Shown here: piece after piece, positions 9,416-17,191 of the stretch
How the letters are laid out: every line of letters begins with the position of its first letter
Numbering within the stretch: the stretch's first letter is position 1
Assembly: GCA_040218735.1 (NCBI GenBank)
Contig: JAVJQW010000019.1
Span: forward strand, 288,001-352,000
Direction of reading: 5' to 3'
Length of the DNA stretch: 64,000 nucleotides
From: Deltaproteobacteria bacterium
GTDB taxonomy: Bacteria; Myxococcota; Kuafuiibacteriia; Kuafuiibacteriales; Kuafuiibacteriaceae
Translations under genes and position numbers: made by a program
Notes under the pieces: generated by a model
What the model saw: the letters and a program-made list of their open reading frames with translations, nothing else
What the model was told of the DNA's origin: nothing
Database searches by the model: none

Positions 9416-10707
9416 CAGAGCGTCAGGCGCCGGTTGGCGCCTTCCGTCGAGGACACCACGAGCTCGCAGACGAGGTCACCCTTCGAAACGCAGCGCGTCT
9501 CCTCCACCCGCCACGGCAGGCCGCCCTCGAGGAGCCGGTCGTAGAAGTCACCCGAGAGTGAAGGGCGACTCGTCCAGGGGACACGGTGGGCGAGCTGCAT
9601 CGTGGCGAGTGCCGCACCCTGCATGAAGTAACACGCGCCCTCCGTCGCCCGCCCTTCGCGGTGCACGTAGTAACAACTCTCGTAGGTCGCGGGGACGCGG
9701 AGCACGAGGCGCTGGTGCGGGACGATCTCCTCGATGCACCACCGACCGAGGCCCATCGCACGCCCGATCGCACACGCGCCGATCACGATCTCTTCGACTT
9801 CACCGCGGAGCGGACCGCCCTGCGTCTCCCACTGCGGGGACATCAGGATGTGGCCGAACGCGTTGAACGTGCCGACGTGCGCGGCCTCCCGGAGGAGCGC
9901 CTTCATCACGCGGACCGACTGCGGCGCGATGCGCGCGACGTGCCTCAACGCGTCGTACGCCGCGCGGTTGTAGTACGTCGCGGGGGTCAGCGCGAAGTAG
10001 AGCCCGAACGCACGCAGGCGACCGTCCGGATCCGCGAACAGCTTCGACGCGTGGTTTCTCAGGCGCTCCGCGAGCACCGCCACCGCGGTCTCGTCGACGC
10101 TCGAGATCGGCTCCAAACGTGTGCGCTCCACGTGCTCGCGGAGCACCGGGCGCATCAGCGGGGCCTGGTCCATCGGACGCAGCGCGAAGCGACAGTTCGG
10201 GACATCGAGGACGACGCAGGGCTCTTCGGTGGCGTCGACTGACTCCCGCGGGAGCCCGTGCACGACCTCCATCGCCGCGGCCGCGTAACCGGCGGTGACG
10301 GCGTCGGCGGGGCGGCGGCGGTACATCCTCTCGCCGTACTTCTCTCGCCAGCAGGTGCCGTGGTGCAGGTGGGTCCCTTCGGCGAGGCCGCTGTTGCCGC
10401 CGACGCCCATGCGGAGGGTGCCGTGACCGAGCGTGGCGAAGAGGGCTTCGGCGAGGGCGCGCTGCTCCTTCTCACCCTCGACCGCGAGGAGGTCGAGCAG
10501 CCGCGCGATGACGTCGTAGAACGCTTCGCGCGCGGCGCGCGTGCGGACGACGGCGCCGAGCTGGGCGCCGAGCGCGTCGTCGATCGTCTGGTCCCAGAAC
10601 AGGTTGAAGTGGTGGCAGTGGTAGACGATCGGGACGTCGGCCAGCAGCTCGAAGTCGTAGCCGCTGAGGGTGGTGCGGTGCTCGGCGATTCGCGCGAGGT
10701 CCGCCAT
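9415..10707 (-). CDS. Tandem V4R (4-vinyl reductase-like) domain protein (430 aa)
   Basis: Two halves each show a G-[HL]-G motif, then AGY/MQG, then E-x-x-C-x6-C-x-[FL] (EEPCVVLDVPNCRF; ETRCVSKGDLVCEL). There is also an N-terminal YHCHHFN motif. Confidence 0.75.
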   Translation of the reverse strand: MADLARIAEHRTTLSGYDFELLADVPIVYHCHHFNLFWDQTIDDALGAQLGAVVRTRAAREAFYDVIARLLDLLAVEGEKEQRALAEALFATLGHGTLRMGVGGNSGLAEGTHLHHGTCWREKYGERMYRRRPADAVTAGYAAAAMEVVHGLPRESVDATEEPCVVLDVPNCRFALRPMDQAPLMRPVLREHVERTRLEPISSVDETAVAVLAERLRNHASKLFADPDGRLRAFGLYFALTPATYYNRAAYDALRHVARIAPQSVRVMKALLREAAHVGTFNAFGHILMSPQWETQGGPLRGEVEEIVIGACAIGRAMGLGRWCIEEIVPHQRLVLRVPATYESCYYVHREGRATEGACYFMQGAALATMQLAHRVPWTSRPSLSGDFYDRLLEGGLPWRVEETRCVSKGDLVCELVVSSTEGANRRLTL

Positions 10708-10711
10708 CGCT

Positions 10712-11785
10712 TCAGATACCGACGGGGTCTTGTCCGAGGATGTCGCGAATCGAATCGGCGATGGCGTCGACCTGGGCGTCGTCGAGCGCGTCGGGGGCTT
10801 CGAGGAGATCGACCGGGATGCCGGTGCGCAGCGAGAGCCTCAACAACGCCGCGTGGGGATCGGGCGCGTAGCGACGGAAGAAGTCGAGCAGGCGCGTCGC
10901 GCGCGGACGGGCGACTGGGCGCGTGGGGACGTCGGGGATCGGGGAGGGCGGCGGCGACGCGGGCTTCAACGCTTCGTCCAGCTCCGTGCGATCGAACCGG
11001 CCCGTGATCTCCCCCTCGCTCGACGGCGACTCCACGGGCTGCGGGGTGATCGTCAGATCCCCAGGCAGCGGCGTCGGGTCGGGGCCCATCGTCGCCTCGG
11101 CGACGAACGGCGTGACCTCCCGCGTGAACGCGTCGGCGGCGCGCTTCGAGTCGAAGGTCGTGCTCGGCGGCGGCGGGACGCGCGGGGGCGGCGCTTCGAA
11201 GATCGGCGTCGGCGCGGGCTGCGTCGGGCGACGCACGCGCGGGACGCCGAGCGGCGGCGTCTCACCCGTGGGGTCCGAGACGGTCGGCCCGAAGCGCGGT
11301 GTGGCGCGCTCCTCGGTCGACGGCGACGAGAACCGTGGCGCGGCCGGCATCGCGCGGTCCGCGGACGACGCCGGGACCCGCTTCACGGTGCCGGTGTCCA
11401 TCGGCTTGGTGAACTGCTCGACCGACCCGCGGATGTGATCGCGGAGCTGGCGCGCCTGCACGCGCATGAGGCCGAGCGGCGCGGAGCGCTCGAAGACAAA
11501 CGCCGCCATCATCCCGGTCGTGACCTGCTCGAGGCGGATGAGGGTGTCGCGGGCTTCGACGGTGACACCTTCGACCGCTTCGCTCCCCACCGCGGTGGTG
11601 AGCGCGGTGACGCTCGCGCGGAACACCGAGCCGAGCTGCACGGCGGTCTCTTCTTCGTTGGTCCGCCCGGCGCGCGCCCACGACTTGATGAGCAGGCAGT
11701 CGGGGATGGAGACGATGAACACCTCCTTGAGCGCCGGCGCGCCGAGCGCGACGCGGCCGAGATCCTCCCTTGCGGACGTCGCCAT
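10712..11785 (-). CDS. Roadblock/LC7 (MglB-like) domain, Pro-rich linker and small C-terminal helical domain
   Basis: The N-terminal ~115 aa has the Roadblock topology ending MAAFVFERSAPLGLMRVQARQL. It is followed by a ~180-aa P/S/T-rich linker and a C-terminal RLSLRTGIPVDLL helical bundle. Confidence 0.7.
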   Translation of the reverse strand: MATSAREDLGRVALGAPALKEVFIVSIPDCLLIKSWARAGRTNEEETAVQLGSVFRASVTALTTAVGSEAVEGVTVEARDTLIRLEQVTTGMMAAFVFERSAPLGLMRVQARQLRDHIRGSVEQFTKPMDTGTVKRVPASSADRAMPAAPRFSSPSTEERATPRFGPTVSDPTGETPPLGVPRVRRPTQPAPTPIFEAPPPRVPPPPSTTFDSKRAADAFTREVTPFVAEATMGPDPTPLPGDLTITPQPVESPSSEGEITGRFDRTELDEALKPASPPPSPIPDVPTRPVARPRATRLLDFFRRYAPDPHAALLRLSLRTGIPVDLLEAPDALDDAQVDAIADSIRDILGQDPVGI

Positions 11786-12424
11786 TCAGGACTCCTTCCA
11801 GTCGAACGTGCGCGCGATGTAGCGGCGGATGGACGTCACGACCGACTTCGACAGCGGCTTCGTGCCGACGACGCCGACCGCGATGCGGCCGACCGGCGTG
11901 TCACACCAGATCGTGTCGAGCGTGCGATCGGCGTCGAGCTCGATCGACGCGGCGCCGACGCTGGGCGCCTTGGTGATCCCGCGCAGCGATCGAATGGCCC
12001 GCTCCAGCGCGACGCCCGACACCACGAGGTCCTCGACGCTCTTCGTCACCGCGATCGGCAACCCCTCTGGGTCCGCGATGTAGAAGTCGTCGCCGACGAC
12101 CTGCGCGAGCCACGCCGAGAGCGCTTCGATTCGCGCCCACACCGAGGGGGCGTCGAGGTTCGGCTCCTCCGCGGCGTCCGTCGAGGCGGTGACGTCGTTG
12201 AACGACCCCTCCTTGGTCTCGGGGAGGGGCGTGGCCTCGACCGACGAAGGCGGGTGGTTGGGGTACGGCGTGATCGGCGGTACCGGCGCGCGCGTCAGGG
12301 TCGGCGGGTCGTAGAACCGCGGCGTCGACGAAGGACGGGTGGAGATCGGGAGCGTCGACACTCCGGCGCGCGTCAGCGAGGACGCGAGGGTGTCTTCGTC
12401 AATCCACGAGAGCGATGGGCTCAT
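11786..12424 (-). CDS. Short N-terminal helix, Pro-rich linker and Roadblock/longin-like domain protein
   Basis: The C-terminal FYIADPEGLPIA...IELDADRTLDTIWCDTPVGRIAVGVVG fits the Roadblock hhhhDxxGLhh signature. It abuts the downstream gene with a 0-bp gap. Confidence 0.6.
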   Translation of the reverse strand: MSPSLSWIDEDTLASSLTRAGVSTLPISTRPSSTPRFYDPPTLTRAPVPPITPYPNHPPSSVEATPLPETKEGSFNDVTASTDAAEEPNLDAPSVWARIEALSAWLAQVVGDDFYIADPEGLPIAVTKSVEDLVVSGVALERAIRSLRGITKAPSVGAASIELDADRTLDTIWCDTPVGRIAVGVVGTKPLSKSVVTSIRRYIARTFDWKES

Positions 12425-13202
12425 TGCTCATGCCTCGTTCGTCGATGGCGATGCGGGACTCGAGCTCCGCCGCCAGTTGGTCGAAGACCATCGCCACGGG
12501 CGGGGGCCTTCGCTTGAGTAGACCAACCGGGACGCCGTTGGCGCTGGCGTCGAGGAAGACCGAGTCGCGCGGGATGGAGGTGTCGAACAGCAGCGACTGC
12601 GGCAGCGACGCCCACAGATCCTCGGCGACACCGAGGGAGCTGGCCTGCCGGGTCTGCAGCATCGTGAGGAGGATGCCGACGACCTCGGTGTTGGCGCCCT
12701 TCTCGCGGAGGCTCCCGAGCACGTCGAAGATGCGCAGCACGGAGCGCGCGGCGATCGGTTCGGCCTGCACCGGGCACAGGACGTACCGGCACGCGCGCAT
12801 CGCGCCCATCGTCGCGCCGCCGAACCCGCTCGGCGTGTCGACGATGATCAGCTCGCGGTCCGACGCCTCACGTTCGATGCGCTTCAGGACGGCGCCGTCG
12901 GCGAGCGCCGCCTGAAACCCCATCGCGTCCTCGGGCGCGACGCGGCCGACCGTCAGGATCTGCAGCTCGGGGAGCTTGGTCTGCACGGCGAGCTGCGCGA
13001 GCGGGCGGCGGTGCACGATGTACTCCGCGAGGCCGGGCGACTGGCTGAGCTTCTTGGTGAGCGACAGGCCGATGGCCCCGGCGGGATCGGTGTCGACGAG
13101 CAGCGTCCGCAGGCCGCGGCGGGCGAGCGAGAAGGCCAGGTTGAGGGCCACGGTCGTCTTGCCGACGCCCCCCTTCTGGCTCGCTACGCACAACGACACC
13201 AT
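12399..13202 (-). CDS. ParA/MinD/Soj-family ATPase (267 aa)
   Basis: The true start is ATG 13202. It has a deviant Walker A SQKGGVGKTT, LLVDTDPAG and IIVDTP. No parB is adjacent. Confidence 0.9.
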   Translation of the reverse strand: MVSLCVASQKGGVGKTTVALNLAFSLARRGLRTLLVDTDPAGAIGLSLTKKLSQSPGLAEYIVHRRPLAQLAVQTKLPELQILTVGRVAPEDAMGFQAALADGAVLKRIEREASDRELIIVDTPSGFGGATMGAMRACRYVLCPVQAEPIAARSVLRIFDVLGSLREKGANTEVVGILLTMLQTRQASSLGVAEDLWASLPQSLLFDTSIPRDSVFLDASANGVPVGLLKRRPPPVAMVFDQLAAELESRIAIDERGMSNEPIALVD

Positions 13203-13231
13203 CGGACAGGATCTATTTCGCAAACGCGACC

Positions 13232-14032
13232 TCACCGCAAGGCGCGGTCGTGTAACAGGTGACAGGTGAGCTCCGCGAAGCCCTCGCCGCCCTCGCGCTC
13301 GGTCACGTATGCGGGGGGTGATGTCAGACGATCCGTGAACGCGCGGATGTTCGCGACGCCGACGCTGTGCTCGAAGAAGCCGAACGCGGGCTCGTCGTTG
13401 GGCGAGTCGCCGACGTACACGGCGCGCTGCCGGACCTCGGGGCGGTCGAGGTCGAGGTCGAGGACCTCGCGGGCGACGCGTCGGATCATGCCGAGTTTGT
13501 CGTAGGTGCCGAACCACCCGTTGACGTGGATGGAGCTCACTTTCGCGGTCGCGCCCGCGGCTTCGAAGATCTCCACGATCCGATCCACGTCTGCGCGCTC
13601 GAGGGGTTCGACGTCCTCGCAGAAGTCGATCGCGAGATCGTGGATGCGGTAGGGCTGGTCCGACGCGACGCCGGCGCCCGGGACCGCGGCGAGGATCTGC
13701 GCCTTCACCTCGGCGAGGCGGGTCTGGAGGGTCGCGCGCTCCTCGGCGCTCAGCACGAACGCCTGGTGGAGGCGGCGCGCGGATCGGTCGTAGCTGAAGT
13801 AGAACGCGCCGTTTTCACCGACGACGCCGGCCACCGGCCAAAAGCGCGCAATCATGTCGCACCACCCGGCGGGGCGGCCGGTGACGGGCACCACGGGGAT
13901 GCCGGCGTCGGCGAGCTTTTCGACCGCTTCGTAGGCGACGGCGGGTAGGCGCCCCTCGGTGGTGAGGGTGTCGTCGATGTCGCAGAAGACGGCGCGGATG
14001 TCGGCGGCGGGGAGCGCTTCGAAGGATTGCAT
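13232..14032 (-). CDS. HAD-superfamily hydrolase, subfamily IIB
   Basis: Motifs DIDDTLT, VTGRPAGW, K in YDKLG, and GDSPND. Confidence 0.9.
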   Translation of the reverse strand: MQSFEALPAADIRAVFCDIDDTLTTEGRLPAVAYEAVEKLADAGIPVVPVTGRPAGWCDMIARFWPVAGVVGENGAFYFSYDRSARRLHQAFVLSAEERATLQTRLAEVKAQILAAVPGAGVASDQPYRIHDLAIDFCEDVEPLERADVDRIVEIFEAAGATAKVSSIHVNGWFGTYDKLGMIRRVAREVLDLDLDRPEVRQRAVYVGDSPNDEPAFGFFEHSVGVANIRAFTDRLTSPPAYVTEREGGEGFAELTCHLLHDRALR

Positions 14033-14039
14033 CGGTCGT

Positions 14040-15101
14040 TCAGGCCAGCAGCTGCACGCGCTGCTCGACGGGCTCGGTGGGCTTGTCGCCGCGTTCGGCC
14101 TGTTTGAGCAAGCGCCAGATGTGGCCGCCGAGCAGATCCACGTCGGTGGAGACGAACTGCTCGCCGTCGAAGCGCTGCACGACGTCGGTCTGCGCCTGGA
14201 GCATGACGACGTCCTGCTTCAGGACCCGCATCGCGATCGGGGTGGCGACGAGGCGGAGCAGGAACGCCGGGACGATCGTCTTGAACGTCACCACCGCGAA
14301 CAGCCTGGTGACGAAGTCCGACACCGGCGTGAGCGCGCTGGTCGCGATGACCCGGTGCCGGTCGGCGAGCCCGTACTCGACCTGCGCGATCGAGGGGAGG
14401 ATGAACCGGTCGAAGTGCGTCACCGTGCCGCCCTGCGGCGCGAGGATGCTGCCGATGAGCCCGGTCGGGCGCGGCTCGCCGATGAACTCCGCCGATACCC
14501 GGTCGGCCTCGCGTCGAACTACCGCCGTGATCTCGTTCCGCTTCACGCCGCGGAACAGGCCGCGGTGGAGGAACGCCGTGTGCGGGACGTCGAGGATGTT
14601 CTCGCAGGTCGCGTGCAGCGTCGCCGGCACCTCGGCGTCGTAGCGCACCGTCGCGAAGCCGGGCTCGTCGAGGTGCGGGAGCTGGTACGGCCCGACCTCC
14701 GGCTCGTGGTCCGGGTCCATGTACACCCAGACGAACCCCTGCGACTCACGCGCGAAGAAACGCGGCACCCGCCGACCCTTCCCGGTCTGCACGCCGCACA
14801 GCGCGGGCACCCGCTGGCACGCGCCTTCACGATCGAAGGTCCACCCGTGGTAGCCGCACACGAGCTGGCCGCTCTCCACCGCGCCCATCGACAGCGGCAC
14901 GTTGCGATGCGCGCAGCGATCCAGGAGCGCGCTCGGCTGTCCGTCTTCGTCGCGGAAGAGCACGAGCGGCGTGTCGAGGATCGTGACGGCGAGCGGCTTC
15001 GCGCCGAGCGCGCCGGAGTGACACGCGACGTACCAGGCGCGCGTCACCCGCGCGACGGAGTACCGGCGCTTCGGCGCGGGGATGATCGGCGCGGTGTCCA
15101 C
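14040..15101 (-). CDS. Rieske non-heme iron oxygenase alpha subunit (VanA-like)
   Basis: Rieske motif DRCAHR...CGYHGW and mononuclear iron motif ENILDVPHTAFLH. Confidence 0.9.
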   Translation of the reverse strand: MDTAPIIPAPKRRYSVARVTRAWYVACHSGALGAKPLAVTILDTPLVLFRDEDGQPSALLDRCAHRNVPLSMGAVESGQLVCGYHGWTFDREGACQRVPALCGVQTGKGRRVPRFFARESQGFVWVYMDPDHEPEVGPYQLPHLDEPGFATVRYDAEVPATLHATCENILDVPHTAFLHRGLFRGVKRNEITAVVRREADRVSAEFIGEPRPTGLIGSILAPQGGTVTHFDRFILPSIAQVEYGLADRHRVIATSALTPVSDFVTRLFAVVTFKTIVPAFLLRLVATPIAMRVLKQDVVMLQAQTDVVQRFDGEQFVSTDVDLLGGHIWRLLKQAERGDKPTEPVEQRVQLLA

Positions 15102-15173
15102 GGCGCCGCGCGATCATAACAAACGGGCACCGCTGGCCAACTTGCGTCGGTGGTTCGGAGCGCGATCCCGGGG

Positions 15174-15377
15174 CTCACTGAGGCGCTCGACATCGCGCGG
15201 CGAGGCGGAAAACGGCAGGCGGCGCCGTTCTCGAAAGGCGCCGCAGAAGCCGGGCCGGAAGAAGCGCGAGGACCACGGCCCGAAGGAACGGCGGAAGGTG
15301 CTGTCGCGCATCGTTGCAAGGTGCCTGGATGGGCCACTCCGTGCGCCTGTCCGAACTGCGGCGGCGGAAGCCGCTGA
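15174..15377 (+). pseudogene. Frameshifted IS66-family transposase (TnpC) N-terminal remnant
   Basis: Frame A reads RRGGKRQAAPFSKG, frame B reads KPGRKKREDHG...RRKV, and frame A then reads CPNCGG-stop. This is the motif order of the leader and zinc-finger region of IS66 TnpC, recognised from memory. Confidence 0.55.
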
Positions 15378-15408
15378 CGATTATCGTCGATCGTCGTCGG
15401 TGGTCCGA

Positions 15409-15909
15409 TCAGGCGCCGAGAGTGGGCGCTGCGGACGTGTGGATGACGTCCACACCGAACCCGCGGCAGGCGTTCAGCAGAGGCGAATCGGACGTGACGA
15501 GGGTGGCATGGTCTTGGTCGGCGGCAGCAATGACGGATGCGTCAACGACCCCGAATCTGCGGATCAGATCTGGTCGAAGCAACGCGAGTCTTACCGGGGA
15601 GTCATCGACACGAAGGCGCACGAGTTCCTCGACATAGTGCATCCGAAACCTCTCGAGCCACGACCCGCGTCGCCGTAGACACTGTTCGGCGTGGGCGTCG
15701 AGTTCCGCGAGAACGTAGTGGGTCGTCAGCACATGGGCTCGCGCCAGGAGCTGCTCGAACCTCTCCGCGACAATCGTCGAATTCACATACGAGATCCTCT
15801 GTTCGAGCTGCGCGAGCGCGGCAGCTGCGTCGTGGAACCCGCGACTCTGATCGATGAATTTGGCCGCGACGACATCCAGCAAGGGACCCGTATCGAGACA
15901 GAGCCTCAT
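15409..15909 (-). CDS. PIN-domain (VapC-like) ribonuclease
   Basis: Acidic motifs LCLDTG, TTHYVLAEL, GVVDASVIAAA and LVTSD. Confidence 0.8.
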   Translation of the reverse strand: MRLCLDTGPLLDVVAAKFIDQSRGFHDAAAALAQLEQRISYVNSTIVAERFEQLLARAHVLTTHYVLAELDAHAEQCLRRRGSWLERFRMHYVEELVRLRVDDSPVRLALLRPDLIRRFGVVDASVIAAADQDHATLVTSDSPLLNACRGFGVDVIHTSAAPTLGA

Positions 15910-15915
15910 CGCGCC

Positions 15916-16587
15916 TCACCCGGCAGGAGCGGGTGGGATGTCGTATCTGTCGCATAGCCGTGTACGTTGCGATTCGATCGACGCGATGAGCGAGGCCGCA
16001 TCAGTAACGACGTGCTCCTTCGCAGTATGCGCCGCCACGACCTCGGGCTTGCTCGCGAACTTGGCAAAGTAGGTCTCGTTCATCGCAGACCAATAGGGAG
16101 CCAGGCCATTCGTTGGTTCAATCTCGCGCAGTCCGTTCACGATGCGCGTGGCCGCATTGGCTGGGAGCGATGAAAAGTCGGCGTTGTTCCAACTTCTGAA
16201 GATTCCAGTAGAGGCGATGTCTTCTCGCCTCGCGAGGTCCGACGCCGCACTCACGAATTCGGCATCGGAAATGAGTGACTCGTGCGCCGCCTGGCATGCC
16301 TGACGAAAAGCCTCGATGGCTTTCCCGTGTTCCTCGAGATCGTCGGCAAGGTCCGACGTCGTGTTCGCGAGAAGGTCGTCCAGCAGCATCTGTGCGTTCG
16401 GGAGCAGGTACTCTTTGGGGGCCCGCAGCAGACCGTAGCCCCTATCGCGTCGCCAAACGAGAGTGGGCTTCATCATGACCTCGCGCTCGGCATGGAGCGC
16501 GGCAATGAGTGGGTTCATTGCTCCGTGAATCCAGGCTTGAACTCGGGGCGAGTGCTTCTCAGGCGTCCATGTTGGCCGGGCGACCAT
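15916..16587 (-). CDS. Hypothetical helical protein, coupled to the PIN gene
   Basis: A 223-aa ORF with visibly lower GC and atypical codon usage, ending 6 bp upstream of the PIN gene start. Confidence 0.6.
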   Translation of the reverse strand: MVARPTWTPEKHSPRVQAWIHGAMNPLIAALHAEREVMMKPTLVWRRDRGYGLLRAPKEYLLPNAQMLLDDLLANTTSDLADDLEEHGKAIEAFRQACQAAHESLISDAEFVSAASDLARREDIASTGIFRSWNNADFSSLPANAATRIVNGLREIEPTNGLAPYWSAMNETYFAKFASKPEVVAAHTAKEHVVTDAASLIASIESQRTRLCDRYDIPPAPAG

Positions 16588-16825
16588 TTTAGAACCTGAC
16601 CACGAGCGTCATGCAGAGGCAATCCCGGACCAAAGCGATGAACCCGGCAGAACACTCGCTCGGGAACCAGGACCGAGACGCTTCGGAGGTGGCTCGGACG
16701 ATGAAGCGAGGGCGCTCGTGTGTGCACGAGACGTCGTCGCTGGAGCCGTGGTGCTCGCAAATCGAAGAGCTGTTCATGTGCTTCCTGCCGTGACGCGTCG
16801 CGCTCGGAATCACCGATCCTCTTCC

Positions 16826-17191
16826 TCACACGCGGGCCAGGGCTACGCCCGCCGCGGTCGCGCCGAGGCAGACCACGAACGTAGCGGCCGCGTAGGCGAC
16901 GCCGAGCCCCGGACGGCCCTCCAGGATCAGTCGGTGCACCTCCAGGTTGTACGTCGAGTAGGTCGTGAAGCCGCCCATCGCCCCGGTCGTCAGCAGCAGC
17001 CGCATCTGGGGCGTGCCCGCCGTCCCGAACTTGGCCACGAGCACCCCGAGCAGGACCGATCCCACGACGTTCACGACGAACGTGCCGATTGGGAACGCCG
17101 TCACCCCGAACATGCGTATCGCCCCGACCCCGACCAGGTACCTCAGCGCCGAACCCGCGGCGCCGCCGAGTGCGACCCACAGGACGTTCAC
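16826..17191 (-). CDS. crcB: Fluoride channel CrcB/FluC
   Basis: Motifs GGAAGSALRY, FPIGTFVVNVVGS and TGAMGGFTTYSTY; 121 aa. Confidence 0.93.
   Translation of the reverse strand: MNVLWVALGGAAGSALRYLVGVGAIRMFGVTAFPIGTFVVNVVGSVLLGVLVAKFGTAGTPQMRLLLTTGAMGGFTTYSTYNLEVHRLILEGRPGLGVAYAAATFVVCLGATAAGVALARV

Noticed and set aside
12399-13202. Chromosome-partitioning parA/soj or plasmid partition locus
   Set aside because: No parB, parS-like palindromes or replication genes are adjacent. The context points to an orphan ParA.
16589-16813. 74-aa ORF between crcB and the PIN cassette as a possible antitoxin
   Set aside because: No recognisable motif, odd composition and no clear RBS, so it cannot be supported.
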